Of a DNA stretch of 64,000 nt, positions 1 through 10,166 are shown in pieces (the first letter of the stretch is position 1; each line of letters starts with the position of its first letter). The position numbers were made by a program, and so were the translations under genes. The notes under the pieces were generated by a model. It was not told the origin of the DNA. It was given only the letters and a program-made list of their open reading frames with translations, and searched no databases. Location: positions 4,062 through 68,061 of the forward strand of contig JAGXHJ010000074.1 in assembly GCA_024636315.1 (NCBI GenBank), written 5' to 3'. This DNA comes from Methylophaga sp. GTDB lineage: Bacteria > Pseudomonadota > Gammaproteobacteria > Nitrosococcales > Methylophagaceae.

Positions 1-473
1 TGTGTCTTATCTGCAACATATTGGTCGTAATGTGTCGGTGCAGCAACATTAGACCGTAAACCTGACTGTACAACAAAAAACTCTGAAGGGTTATCAGAAA
101 GTAATTGAACAGGTACATCAGGAGTGCTTGATTCTACCGGATAATTCAGTAAGGCTAGGTTACGGATATCGGCACCTTGAGTGCTGATATATAAGTCTAT
201 CACATCCGTTTTGACATGTATTTTATTGCCATCACTAGTTGCAGAAGCTTGTTCCATCGTTGGTAGACTATCTAGTGACGTTGGTAAATCAGGTAGATCT
301 TGCTGATTTTCAACTTGCTGTCTCACGTTCTCTGAATTAGGTAAATCAGCCATCAAATCGTTACTCGTTTGAGCAACCTGTTGTGGTTGAACATAATCCT
401 CTTGCCATGCCTGCCATAATAATAAGGAGACAATCAATAAGCCAAAGATGAGATATGTTTTTAAGTTATCCAT
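1..473 (-). CDS. yidC: membrane protein insertase YidC, N-terminal part (gene runs out of the window at position 1)
   Basis: My own minus-strand translation from the ATG at 473-471 reads [32 protein letters not shown]..., an N-terminal TM anchor followed by a periplasmic domain. The frame stays open to position 1. It sits in the canonical position downstream of rpmH-rnpA-yidD and overlaps the yidD stop by 8 nt. Confidence 0.85.
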   Translation of the reverse strand, partial: MDNLKTYLIFGLLIVSLLLWQAWQEDYVQPQQVAQTSNDLMADLPNSENVRQQVENQQDLPDLPTSLDSLPTMEQASATSDGNKIHVKTDVIDLYISTQGADIRNLALLNYPVESSTPDVPVQLLSDNPSEFFVVQSGLRSNVAAPTHYDQYVADKT

Positions 474-702
474 TGTGTTTTTTAGTCTTTAATTGAGGAA
501 CAGGATCTAGTCCACCTTCGTGCCAAGGGTGGCAGTGTGAAAGTCTGCGTAAGCCGAGCCAAAAGCCACGTACTACGCCAAAACGTGTAACGGCTTCTAT
601 CATATATTGGGAACAGGTAGGGTGGAAACGACAGTTTGCGCCCAGCAATGGACTGATGATTAATTGGTAAGCTCGAATGAGGATAATCAAGATTTTTGCC
701 AT
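466..702 (-). CDS. yidD: membrane protein insertion efficiency factor YidD
   Basis: ORF 466..744. It carries the conserved YidD core [18 protein letters not shown]...[12 protein letters not shown]. The likely start is the internal MAKIL at 702, which overlaps the rnpA end. Confidence 0.9.
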   Translation of the reverse strand: MAKILIILIRAYQLIISPLLGANCRFHPTCSQYMIEAVTRFGVVRGFWLGLRRLSHCHPWHEGGLDPVPQLKTKKHNG

Positions 703-1040
703 TGTGCTATCACCGTTAACCAATGCTGCTCCAATGCGGCCCATATTTGAACTGATTCTCGTTGTTTTACGTCAGGACGAGATAACACCACAATATCTAT
801 ATTGGCAAAGTCAGTTTGATGCTGTCGAAATGATTCACGAATAATTCGCTTTAATCGATTACGTTGATGCGCGAATTTAAGATGTTTTTTTGCAATGGCC
901 AAGCCTAAACGCGGATGACCTACGGTATTTTCAACCGTCAAAATCGTCAAGCCACCACCACCTGCGCGCTTTGCTTGACGAAATACCCGAGAAAAGTCTC
1001 TCGGGCTATTCATTTTCATGGCTCGGCTAAAGCGCACCAA
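687..1040 (-). CDS. rnpA: ribonuclease P protein component
   Basis: A 117-aa basic protein between rpmH and yidD, with an RnpA-like FSRVFRQ...RLGLAIAKK...[13 protein letters not shown]. The start is either TTG at 1040 or ATG at 1019. Confidence 0.9.
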   Translation of the reverse strand: MVRFSRAMKMNSPRDFSRVFRQAKRAGGGGLTILTVENTVGHPRLGLAIAKKHLKFAHQRNRLKRIIRESFRQHQTDFANIDIVVLSRPDVKQRESVQIWAALEQHWLTVIAQWQKS

Positions 1041-1070
1041 GTCATACTCCCCTTAAAAACTTAAGCAGGA

Positions 1071-1205
1071 TTATACAGTTAGGCTTGCACGACCTTTTGC
1101 GCGACGTGCATTAATGACACGACGACCACCAACAGTTTTCATACGGGCACGGAAACCATGTGTACGGTTACGCTTTATATTACTAGGCTGAAAAGTTCTT
1201 TTCAT
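1071..1205 (-). CDS. rpmH: 50S ribosomal protein L34
   Basis: [44 protein letters not shown] is a near-invariant 44-aa L34. The start is the ATG at 1205, so the longer ORF-track start at 1265 is an artefact. Confidence 0.96.
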   Translation of the reverse strand: MKRTFQPSNIKRNRTHGFRARMKTVGGRRVINARRAKGRASLTV

Positions 1206-1367
1206 TTCATAAACTCCAATCAAAAATTCGGGTTTTGCTCCAAGCAGCAGAAACAGCCTGAGCAAAAGGGCTGAAATTATAGTGTTTTCTATTGGGTCAA
1301 GTCAAATGATTGTTTAATACCTATTTAAACTAGAACCTATTAAATAGGCCTTGCTAAAAATAAACAT

Positions 1368-1376
1368 TGGGGATAA
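1368..1376 (-). promoter_or_regulatory. DnaA box, 8/9 match (TTATCCCCA versus consensus TTATCCACA) in the dnaA upstream region
   Basis: The plus strand reads tggggataa at 1368-1376, about 100 nt upstream of the dnaA GTG. It is the only near-consensus box I found in the 1206-1477 gap. Confidence 0.4.
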
Positions 1377-1477
1377 CTTTAACGGCTATGCTTAAAGCAT
1401 TATACTTACTGCCGTAGACAGACCCATCATAAATTTTAACGGGTCATTCCAAATCACTCAAATCTTAAGGAGCCGCT

Positions 1478-2818
1478 GTGTCATCACCCCTTTGGGAAAA
1501 ATGCCTGTCCCATCTTGAAGGTGAGCTGTCAGCACAGCAACTCAATACTTGGTTACGTCCATTACAAGCCGTCCAGACGCCCACCAGTCTACGATTACTG
1601 GCTCCGAACCCCTATGTGCAAGCATGGGTGCAAGAACAGCTTGAAACAAAAATAAACCAGCTAATTCAAGCCTTAAGTCAGGGTGCGATTACCTCGATAA
1701 CGATCGATGTCGGTACCAATAATCCTCAAGTAGCTCAAACAAATACCATAGCTAAAGCGTCACCCGCCATGCCTAAATCCATGACTCCGGCGGCAGGCTC
1801 TCCTCTTAACCCCAACTTTACCTTTGAATCCTATGTCGAAGGTAAGTCCAATCAAATTGCGCGAGCAGCTTCTTTACATGTTGCTGAATCACCAGGCACT
1901 AGTGGATACAACCCATTATTTTTATATGGTGGAACAGGGCTCGGCAAAACACATTTGATGTTGGCCGTCGGTAATCAAATTAAAAAAGACAATCCAAAAG
2001 CCAAAGTAATGTATTTGTCATCAGAACGTTTTGTGCAAGATATGATTACCGCATTGCGCAATAACGTAATCGATCAATTTAAAGCGCATTATCGTAGTGC
2101 TGATGCCTTATTAATCGACGACATACAGTTTTTTGCAAAAAAAGAACGTTCACAAGAAGAATTTTTCTATACCTTTAATAGTTTACTCGAAGGTCAAAAA
2201 CAAATCATTTTGACCTGTGACCGTTTCCCTAAAGAAGTTGAAAATCTTGATGAACGTTTACAGTCTCGTCTTGGTTGGGGGCTCACCATCTCGATTGAGC
2301 CACCAGAATTAGAAACCCGCGTTGCAATCTTAATTAAAAAGGCCCAACAAAATCTGGTTATGTTGCCAGAGGATGTGGCTTTTTTCATTGCCCAACGTAT
2401 CAAATCTAATGTCCGTGATTTAGAAGGTGCTTTACAACGTGTACTGGCATTTTCACGTTTTACCAATCAACCTTTTTCGATTGAAATGGCGCAAGAAGCA
2501 TTAAAAGATCTACTCGCCTTGCACCAAAAACTAGTCACCTTGGATAGTATTCAAAAAACTGTAGGTGAATATTTTAAAACCCGCGTCTCAGAACTACTAT
2601 CTAAGAAGCGTACCCGTTCAATTGCCCGTCCACGTCAAATAGCGATGGCATTAGCAAAAGAACTGACCAATCACAGCCTACCTGAAATTGGTGAAGCCTT
2701 TGGTGGTCGCGACCATACCACGGTGTTACATGCCTGCCGTAAAATAGCCGAATTAAAAGAATCTGACGCACGTATTGCTGAAGATTACCGTAACTTACTT
2801 CGAACCCTGTCGAGTTAA
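1478..2818 (+). CDS. dnaA: chromosomal replication initiator protein DnaA
   Basis: 446 aa with a GTG start preceded by aaggag. It has Walker [11 protein letters not shown], the AAA+ motifs, and the C-terminal DNA-binding HTH ...[12 protein letters not shown].... Confidence 0.97.
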   Translation: MSSPLWEKCLSHLEGELSAQQLNTWLRPLQAVQTPTSLRLLAPNPYVQAWVQEQLETKINQLIQALSQGAITSITIDVGTNNPQVAQTNTIAKASPAMPKSMTPAAGSPLNPNFTFESYVEGKSNQIARAASLHVAESPGTSGYNPLFLYGGTGLGKTHLMLAVGNQIKKDNPKAKVMYLSSERFVQDMITALRNNVIDQFKAHYRSADALLIDDIQFFAKKERSQEEFFYTFNSLLEGQKQIILTCDRFPKEVENLDERLQSRLGWGLTISIEPPELETRVAILIKKAQQNLVMLPEDVAFFIAQRIKSNVRDLEGALQRVLAFSRFTNQPFSIEMAQEALKDLLALHQKLVTLDSIQKTVGEYFKTRVSELLSKKRTRSIARPRQIAMALAKELTNHSLPEIGEAFGGRDHTTVLHACRKIAELKESDARIAEDYRNLLRTLSS

Positions 2819-2833
2819 ACCGAGAGAATAATC

Positions 2834-3937
2834 ATGCAATTTACCGTGAGCCAAGAAACTATCGCCCGACCACTGCAACTGGTTTGTAGTATTGTCGAAC
2901 GTCGCGCTACCCTGCCTATTTTGTCGACAATTTTATTACGCACTCATGGCAATCAACTATCAATGACCAGTACCGATATGGAATTGGAAATGATAGCGAC
3001 CTTACCCGTTGCTGTAGAACAAGAAGGTAAAACAACGGTTTCTGCTCGAAAATTTCTAGATATTTGTCGCGCATTACCTAGTAACGCTACGATTAGTTTC
3101 AAAGCCCAAGATGGCAAAGCTATTGTTAGAGCAGGTAAAAGTCGCTTCTCACTCGCTACTCTACCAAGTGAAGACTTTCCTGATAGTGAAGGCGCTAATT
3201 ATGTTGATGAAATCAGCCTGCCACAATCGGCGCTAAAATCACTACTTGATGAAACTAGCTTTGCCATGGCCAGCCAAGACGTACGTTATTACTTGAATGG
3301 TTTATTGCTTGAACGTGAAGAAAATATCCTACGTACCGTTGCAACCGATGGTCACCGACTCGCCTTAGGCAGTTTAACGACCACCAACGCAATCACAGAA
3401 AAGAGCAGTATTATCATTCCACGCAAAGCGATTATGGAACTAGGTCGCTTGCTTAATGATACTGCTGACAATGTCACCATCGCTTTTAGTAATCAACAAA
3501 TCAAAGTTGAATTGCCTGATTTACATTTCACATCCAAACTTATTGACGGCCAGTTTCCTAACTACGAACGGGTACTTCCTTTAGGTGGCGATAAAGAAGT
3601 TATTGCCGACCGCGATCAACTTAAACAAGCCTTGTCGCGCGCGGCTATTTTATCCAGTGATAAACATCGTAGCGTACGCATCAATCTTGAATCAGGCTTG
3701 CTTAAAGCTACCGTGATCAATCAAGAACAAGAGTCGGCGGAAGAAGAAATTAGCGTTGAATATACTGGCGCGCCATTAGAAATAGCTTTCAATAATGCCT
3801 ATTTACTAGATTTATTAAATGCCATACCTGATGACAAAGTAAAAATGGTATTTAGTGATGAAAATAGCAGTGCTTTAATCACGCCAGCCGATGATAAGCT
3901 TGAACGACAGTATGTCGTCATGCCGATGCGTTTGTAG
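2834..3937 (+). CDS. dnaN: DNA polymerase III beta sliding clamp
   Basis: 367 aa beginning MQFTVSQE... and ending ...YVVMPMRL, the typical DnaN C-terminus. It lies immediately downstream of dnaA. Confidence 0.97.
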   Translation: MQFTVSQETIARPLQLVCSIVERRATLPILSTILLRTHGNQLSMTSTDMELEMIATLPVAVEQEGKTTVSARKFLDICRALPSNATISFKAQDGKAIVRAGKSRFSLATLPSEDFPDSEGANYVDEISLPQSALKSLLDETSFAMASQDVRYYLNGLLLEREENILRTVATDGHRLALGSLTTTNAITEKSSIIIPRKAIMELGRLLNDTADNVTIAFSNQQIKVELPDLHFTSKLIDGQFPNYERVLPLGGDKEVIADRDQLKQALSRAAILSSDKHRSVRINLESGLLKATVINQEQESAEEEISVEYTGAPLEIAFNNAYLLDLLNAIPDDKVKMVFSDENSSALITPADDKLERQYVVMPMRL

Positions 3938-3957
3938 GGTTTAGGAGCGATTTCATC

Positions 3958-4224
3958 ATGGCGGGTGGCTGGTCAAGAGATGGTGCGGTACAAGATCAAA
4001 TTGATGCAAGTGTAGAAGATGCAATCAATTTGGCTCGAAGTAAATTGCCGCAAGGTGAAAGCTTAACGCACTGTGAAGAATGTGATGCCAAAATCCCCGA
4101 AGCTCGCCAAAAAGCCATTGTAGGCGTCAGACTCTGCGTAAACTGTCAGTCAGAATTAGATAAAGAGCAAGCCAAACAAAGTGGCTATAACCGTCGGGGC
4201 AGTAAGAGTAGTCAACTACGATAA
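3958..4224 (+). CDS. ybiI: DksA/TraR-family C4 zinc-finger protein (YbiI-like)
   Basis: 88 aa with MAGGWSRD..., CEEC..(x17)..CVNC and the tail GYNRRGSKSSQLR. From memory, these match the length, motifs and tail of E. coli YbiI. Confidence 0.8.
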   Translation: MAGGWSRDGAVQDQIDASVEDAINLARSKLPQGESLTHCEECDAKIPEARQKAIVGVRLCVNCQSELDKEQAKQSGYNRRGSKSSQLR

Positions 4225-4237
4225 AAAGACACGTTGA

Positions 4238-5971
4238 TTAGTGCCTCAACTCACCCATTACCACTTTATTTTCACTCATTTTCTTCACAATATCTAAATA
4301 ATAATCATCACGGAATTCATTGATAACTCGTGTAACCTCAGCACTATCTACGCCGCTACTGAGCAAGGTTTCCTCTGTCAGACGTAAACTTATTTCTAAT
4401 GTTTCAGATACCGTCGTGGTCGCGCCTTGGCTGATTAAATCAGCGCAATGCTGTCTATCTCGGGCTCGCGCATGAATAATCATATTTGGATAAGCTTGTC
4501 TGGTTAAAAAAACTAAACGATCAACCTTCTCTGGATCTTCCAGTGCAATCACTAGCATCTTAGCCCGTTCAGCCCCAGCGGCCTGTAATACTTTAACTTG
4601 ACTCGCATCACCAAAAAACACTGGGAACCCTTGTGCCCGAGCTACTTTAACACGTTCCTGCTTCATATCTAAAGCAATGTAAGATACGCCAGCCTCACCC
4701 AGTAATGCGCCAATCCTAGCACCAACACGCCCAAAGCCAGCTAAAATCACATGTGCTTCTGAGTCATCCATAAACACAGGATATTCGCCATCCTCAGAGA
4801 GTTTAGGCACATAATATTTCAGCAAAAGGATATTAGCGCCTTTCACCACAAAAGGGGTTAATACCATCGTCAGTGCAATGATCAGCGTTAAGACTTGGCT
4901 TAACTGCAATTCTAAAAGGCCTAATGTGCCTGCTACACCAAACAGTACAAAACCAAACTCACCACTTTGTGAAAGCAGTGCCCCAGACTGTACTGCAACA
5001 TCATGTCGTGCCCCGCCAGCTCTAGCTAGCACATAGACCACAGAACCTTTTATTGCCATCAAGCCAATCGTCAGACCCACTATGGCACCAAGGTGTTGCC
5101 ATAACAAACCAAAATCAACACCCATTCCTACCGTCATGAAAAATAGTCCGAGCAATATCCCCCGAAACGGTAAAATATCAGCCTCAATTTGGTGCCGATA
5201 ATGCGACTCTGCGAGCATCAATCCGGCTAAAAAAGCGCCTAAAGCCATTGATAATCCGACCGACTCCATCAACCATGCCACACCTAAAACTAATAACACG
5301 GCTACAGCAATGAAAACTTCCGGATCCTGACTGGCAACGATTCTTTCTAGTATAGGGTTGAGTAAATATCGTCCCATCAACAACAAGCCGATAATGACAG
5401 CAGCCCCATAGAGTAAACTGAATTCTGAGATGGTCGTACTGCCACCATCAGCAAGATAAGATACTAGCGCCAACAGTGGCACCACCGCTAAATCTTGGAA
5501 TAGTAAAACTGAAAATGACATTCTGCCCATCATCGTCGAAATACCACCTCGTTCAGCCAATAACTTCAAACAAAAAGCAGTGGACGATAAAGCTAAACCA
5601 AAACCAATAATGATGGCACTTTTGGCTGACACGCCAAACCATATGGCAACGCCGTAAAGCACTGCTGCAGTCAAAATTAACTGCCCAGCACCTAAGCCGA
5701 GCACCATTTTTCGCATATGCCATAACTTGTCAGGTTTAAGCTCCATACCAAGGACAAACAGAAGAAAAATGACACCAAACTCACCTAGATGACGAATCTT
5801 ATCAACTTCAGTAATTACGCCTAGACCCCAAGGGCCCAAAACAACCCCTGCAGCCAAATAGCCAAGCAAGGCACCTAGCCGAATAGCATGAAAAAATGGC
5901 ACTACAATAACCGTTGCTAACAACAAGGCTAAAATATCGACCAAATAACTTGCTTCATTACCACTCATCAT
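4238..5971 (-). CDS. monovalent cation:proton antiporter-2 (CPA2) family K+/H+ antiporter with a C-terminal RCK/TrkA-N domain (KefB/KefC/YbaL-like)
   Basis: 577 aa. The N-terminal 380 aa or so are polytopic Na_H-exchanger-like. They are followed by a Rossmann motif, ILAGFGRVG. Confidence 0.85.
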   Translation of the reverse strand: MMSGNEASYLVDILALLLATVIVVPFFHAIRLGALLGYLAAGVVLGPWGLGVITEVDKIRHLGEFGVIFLLFVLGMELKPDKLWHMRKMVLGLGAGQLILTAAVLYGVAIWFGVSAKSAIIIGFGLALSSTAFCLKLLAERGGISTMMGRMSFSVLLFQDLAVVPLLALVSYLADGGSTTISEFSLLYGAAVIIGLLLMGRYLLNPILERIVASQDPEVFIAVAVLLVLGVAWLMESVGLSMALGAFLAGLMLAESHYRHQIEADILPFRGILLGLFFMTVGMGVDFGLLWQHLGAIVGLTIGLMAIKGSVVYVLARAGGARHDVAVQSGALLSQSGEFGFVLFGVAGTLGLLELQLSQVLTLIIALTMVLTPFVVKGANILLLKYYVPKLSEDGEYPVFMDDSEAHVILAGFGRVGARIGALLGEAGVSYIALDMKQERVKVARAQGFPVFFGDASQVKVLQAAGAERAKMLVIALEDPEKVDRLVFLTRQAYPNMIIHARARDRQHCADLISQGATTTVSETLEISLRLTEETLLSSGVDSAEVTRVINEFRDDYYLDIVKKMSENKVVMGELRH

Positions 5972-6000
5972 GAGATTACTTCCTTAGCGACTCAATAAAA

Positions 6001-7200
6001 CTAGATGGGAATATGTGATTGTTGAATCATCATAGCTAAACCCTGCTTATACATATCCGTCGCCGCTTGCTCTTTGCCCTCAGCCAACAATACTTCAGCT
6101 AACACTTGATAGGTTTCACCTCTGGCACCATAGTCAAGGCTAGCACGCAGATACTCTTCTGATTTTGCCCATAATTTATTGGCCAATGATAGGCGGCCTA
6201 ACGTCAATAATAGCCAAGGGTTATGCTCATTACTGTTTAACCATTTTTCTGCTTTTGCTAAACGCTTCAGTGAGTCGCCTTGTTTTATCTGACCATACTC
6301 ATAAACGAGGCCATCACTCCATTGTTTACTTAGAAAGTTTTCAATAAGCTCACTGGCTTGTATTTGATCGCCTTGCTGAATTAGCCCAGCAACATAAGGT
6401 ATCAACAATAATTCAGCGTGATGCATTTTGCTGGGCAACTGTTGCCAGAGCGTCGACATTAATGTCCAATCTTGTTTGGCTAATGCAGCTTGTAATTGGG
6501 CAGCCGTGGCATCCGTTGATAAGGTTTCAACTTCTGCCGATGCTAAAACATGACGTTTTCGCAAATCTGGCAATACATCTTGCACGCCCTGCCACTGATT
6601 CATATCTTGATAGAGCTGCTGTAATAACTGCAGTACATGGGGATGTTTCGGTGCTATTTCTCGCAAATGTTGTAACGTTGCCAAAGCATGTTCATTTTGA
6701 CCCGCAGCAATTTGTAGCTCTGCTTGCACCACACCAACGGCAATCTCCGATCCTGCCGTAGTTTGATGGGCTAAGGCTAAATACCCATCTCGACGATCCA
6801 TTGCATTTTGTTTTTGAGCTGCCCGTGCTGCCGCTAAATAATGCAATAAAGGGGTGTCACTGTTGCTCGCATTCTGAATCAATAGTCGTTCAGCCTCCGA
6901 CCAACGTCCTTCTTCAAGCGTAATAAGGCCACTAGTCAACGCCTTACTAGCGCGTTTATGTCGTTGTAGCAATTGCCAATCAGCTAGTTTCTTAGGCGCT
7001 CGCTTTACGATGACCAGAGCTCTCAAAACAGCATAAGCACTCACTAATAACAGAATAAAGGCTACGACAAAAACGACTAATGATGTCTCCAAACTCCAAT
7101 TACCATATTTTAATAACACAAAGCCTGGCTCAAAGTCTGCCAACCACATTACGCTGGTGCCAATAAGCAAGCCGATGGCAATAATTAGCAGTAGTTTCAT
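6001..7200 (-). CDS. hemY: HemY-type TPR membrane protein
   Basis: 399 aa with two N-terminal TM segments and a TPR-like body. It is the last gene of a hemC-hemD-hemX-hemY string and has a 4-nt overlap with hemX. Confidence 0.8.
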   Translation of the reverse strand: MKLLLIIAIGLLIGTSVMWLADFEPGFVLLKYGNWSLETSLVVFVVAFILLLVSAYAVLRALVIVKRAPKKLADWQLLQRHKRASKALTSGLITLEEGRWSEAERLLIQNASNSDTPLLHYLAAARAAQKQNAMDRRDGYLALAHQTTAGSEIAVGVVQAELQIAAGQNEHALATLQHLREIAPKHPHVLQLLQQLYQDMNQWQGVQDVLPDLRKRHVLASAEVETLSTDATAAQLQAALAKQDWTLMSTLWQQLPSKMHHAELLLIPYVAGLIQQGDQIQASELIENFLSKQWSDGLVYEYGQIKQGDSLKRLAKAEKWLNSNEHNPWLLLTLGRLSLANKLWAKSEEYLRASLDYGARGETYQVLAEVLLAEGKEQAATDMYKQGLAMMIQQSHIPI

Positions 7201-8270
7201 TGTTGGTCACCATAATGCTGTAGCCAAATTAATGATGCTGAAATATCCGGTACTTCCACCGTAATCGTTTCCGACTGCATCGCTGTCAACATATCGAGCA
7301 TGGCATCACGCTCAGCTCCGATAAAATATTGCTGTAGCCATTGTTCCGCAGAGGTCAAATGATCATGAAAAACAGCGTCTCTAGCGGATAATAGCCCCAA
7401 TCGTGCACTTTCTAACTTCAATCGTAGATTCTGGTACAAGAAATAACGCTGTTCAGGAACCAATACCGCAACGGCGGCATCTTGCTGATGACGAATCACT
7501 ACCAACGATTTTATTTGTTGCCAAGCTTGTGACAAAGCCGTTTGCCAAGTTGAAGATGATGAGCTCGCTGCAGAATCTTTATCTTTTTGGTTGCTTAGCT
7601 GTGGTCCCATCAATACTTTTAGATCATCAACCTTATCAAGCGCGCTCTGTAACTGCAGTGCTAAACCATCAATATCAACCTTGGCGACGGAAGCTAAAGC
7701 CAGTTTTTCATCGGCAATTAATGACCGAAGTTCATGTAAGCGTGGGTCACTAAGAGATTTAAGTTGTTGATCGGCCAAGGTCAGGGCGGCTTGCGCCTTA
7801 TCTACATCACCCGCTAATAAAGCACTTTGATTAGCACTTTGTAATAAAAATTTAAGCTCCGCCAAGGTCCAAGAACGTAACACATCGTCATTGGTCATCT
7901 TCTGAGCTTTAGCTAGGTCATCGACTTTACCGAGTAAGGCTATATTAGCAGCATTTAATCCCGCTAAGCCTTGTTCTGTGGTTGCTATTTCAGTATTTAA
8001 TGCCTGCTCCAATTGAGTAATCTTATTCTCTAGCGGCTTGGTTGATGGTGCGTTCCGAGTTAGCGCTACAGGTTCAAGTTGTTGCGTGTGCAACTGTTGC
8101 TGCAAGAACCAAAACGAACCGGCGATCAGACCTAATAAAATGACAATTGCCAACCATACTAAAAGGAATTTAGACCGCTCAACGGGCTGCTTTTCTGACA
8201 ATTCAGCATCCACTTGTGATTTTACTTCCTCAGTGTTTGCTTGCTGCTTATTATTATTTTTTTCCATCAC
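7197..8270 (-). CDS. hemX: HemX-type membrane protein (so-called uroporphyrinogen-III C-methyltransferase HemX)
   Basis: 357 aa with one TM segment after a charged N-terminus and a coiled-coil body. The call rests on its position between hemD and hemY. Confidence 0.75.
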   Translation of the reverse strand: MMEKNNNKQQANTEEVKSQVDAELSEKQPVERSKFLLVWLAIVILLGLIAGSFWFLQQQLHTQQLEPVALTRNAPSTKPLENKITQLEQALNTEIATTEQGLAGLNAANIALLGKVDDLAKAQKMTNDDVLRSWTLAELKFLLQSANQSALLAGDVDKAQAALTLADQQLKSLSDPRLHELRSLIADEKLALASVAKVDIDGLALQLQSALDKVDDLKVLMGPQLSNQKDKDSAASSSSSTWQTALSQAWQQIKSLVVIRHQQDAAVAVLVPEQRYFLYQNLRLKLESARLGLLSARDAVFHDHLTSAEQWLQQYFIGAERDAMLDMLTAMQSETITVEVPDISASLIWLQHYGDQQ

Positions 8271-9009
8271 TTCGCTCCATCCGATTTACTTGCTGCATCA
8301 CCGCAGCATCACTAGCATCAGCAACTACCACACACTGCTGAAAACCTAAGTTTAGGGCATATTGTCTGATCCGTTCACTCATCACGATCAGCCATTTTGG
8401 CGTTAATTGATCGATATCAATCAACTGACATAAATTATCGAGTCCGGCGATACTGGTAATAACAATACAATCTGCCGTTTTTGCTTGCTCAATTTCTTGC
8501 TTTGTTCGACAAGGTAAGCCCCGTCGATATACCTCTAGATAGCTAATATTAGCACCTCTTGCGAGCAAGGTATCAGCCAACAATTCTCGACCGCCGTCAC
8601 CCCGCACAATCAGTACATTTTTATCTTGTACCATATTCAATTCCGGCATTGTCAATAGGCTTTCACTACCCGCTGGAGGAGGAGGCTGAATATCAACTCG
8701 TAATCCATGCTCACGCATAGTCGCCGCCGTACCAGCGCCCACAGCGACTAACTGCACATTATCAGCTAAAGATGTTTGCAAGCCAGACATAAAGTGCGTA
8801 ACCGCATTGCGACTTATAAAGATAATCATATCTTGCTGAGTTAAACTAAGCGCTGATTCATGCCAAGGTAATATTGGCACAATATCCAATACTGGCAGGG
8901 CAATAGCAACACCACCAGCAGAGGTGATACTGTCACATAATGACCTTGCTTGTTGTTCTGGTCGAGTAACCAAAACTTTAAGCCCATCAAGTGCTGGTTT
9001 AGTCACCAT
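8254..9009 (-). CDS. hemD: uroporphyrinogen-III synthase
   Basis: 251 aa beginning ...[11 protein letters not shown].... It overlaps hemC by 11 nt, the canonical hemCD arrangement. Confidence 0.85.
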   Translation of the reverse strand: MVTKPALDGLKVLVTRPEQQARSLCDSITSAGGVAIALPVLDIVPILPWHESALSLTQQDMIIFISRNAVTHFMSGLQTSLADNVQLVAVGAGTAATMREHGLRVDIQPPPPAGSESLLTMPELNMVQDKNVLIVRGDGGRELLADTLLARGANISYLEVYRRGLPCRTKQEIEQAKTADCIVITSIAGLDNLCQLIDIDQLTPKWLIVMSERIRQYALNLGFQQCVVVADASDAAVMQQVNRMERSDGKK

Positions 9010-9928
9010 AAACAGCGGCTAATATTGCATTAGCACCTTGTGACAATAAATCTTCTGCCAATGCAATGCCTAAAGATTCTGCATCTTCAGCTTTACCGCG
9101 AACCTCAGCGCGTAAGGTCAAGGTACCATCAGGGCGACCAACCAAACCACGCAACCAGATATTGCCATTATCTAATATGGCATAACCGGCAATCGGCACC
9201 TGACAACCACCTGCAAGACGTTTATTCATCGCCCGCTCAGCTGACACTACAATCCACGTTTCAGGGCACATAAGAGGTGCAATCAAGGCATTAATTTCAG
9301 CATCATCAATGCGTGTTTCAATACCTACCGCGCCCTGACCCACTGCTGGCAAACTTTGTTCTGCTGATAAAGTACTTTTAATTCGAGCGTGCATACCTAA
9401 ACGTTTCAAACCTGCCGACGCTAAAATAATCGCATCATATTCACCCGCATCCAACTTGGCTAATCGAGTATTCACATTGCCGCGCAGGGTCAATATTTTC
9501 AAGTCTGGGCGTAAAGCTCGTAGCTGACATTCTCGGCGTAAACTTGATGTGCCCACTTTAGCGCCCTGAGGCAAATCGTCTACTGATGCGTGATTATTCG
9601 ATACAAAGGCATCAAACGGATCTTCTCGCGAACAGATTACCGGCAGATGTAAACCTTCTGGAAACGCCATGGGTACATCTTTCATCGAATGTACAGCAAT
9701 ATCAGCATCACCCGCCAACATACCTTGTTCTAACTCTTTAACAAATAGGCCCTTGCCGCCAATTTTTGCCAGCGGCACATCTAAAATTTTATCGCCTTGC
9801 GTGGTCATTTTGATCAGATCAACCTGTATGCCAGGATGCAAGGCTAATAAAGCATCACGTACAAATTCTGCCTGCCACATAGCAAGCGGGCTTCTTCGGG
9901 TAGCAATTTTTACGGTTCTATTTGTCAT
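8999..9928 (-). CDS. hemC: hydroxymethylbilane synthase (porphobilinogen deaminase)
   Basis: 309 aa with [38 protein letters not shown] and the GGCQVPI cofactor cysteine region. Confidence 0.96.
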   Translation of the reverse strand: MTNRTVKIATRRSPLAMWQAEFVRDALLALHPGIQVDLIKMTTQGDKILDVPLAKIGGKGLFVKELEQGMLAGDADIAVHSMKDVPMAFPEGLHLPVICSREDPFDAFVSNNHASVDDLPQGAKVGTSSLRRECQLRALRPDLKILTLRGNVNTRLAKLDAGEYDAIILASAGLKRLGMHARIKSTLSAEQSLPAVGQGAVGIETRIDDAEINALIAPLMCPETWIVVSAERAMNKRLAGGCQVPIAGYAILDNGNIWLRGLVGRPDGTLTLRAEVRGKAEDAESLGIALAEDLLSQGANAILAAVYGD

Positions 9929-10166
9929 TTTTATTCACTTATTTTTGTAGTAGTAAGTCGTCATTGTGCTGAGCTATAACCCACGTTAAGACTGGATTCT
10001 AACTATAAATAAGCTGGGATAATGAGCTAGATCGATGCACCTTTACCAAGCCTAGCTTACTTGCTCGACTATCTTATTTAATAACAATTCTAGCATTACT
10101 AGCGTGATTCTCGAATAACCGCGTTATAATTCCACTTTATTTCGATAATCCAAGATACTTATAATT

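Noticed and set aside
1206-1265. N-terminal extensions offered by the ORF track: rpmH 64 aa, TonB receptor to 17639, DegP/DegQ-family protease from 18630, rplY to 55172, prs to 56280 and cbpA from 17726.
   Set aside because: In each case an internal ATG with a good Shine-Dalgarno sequence gives the canonical N-terminus (a signal peptide or a conserved first motif). The extensions add non-conserved residues, or overlap the upstream gene or come close to the upstream tRNA.
9929-10166. A possible ArgR (ARG box) operator upstream of argH.
   Set aside because: I could not find a convincing TNTGAATWWWWATTCANW palindrome. I saw only AT-rich sequence with weak partial matches.
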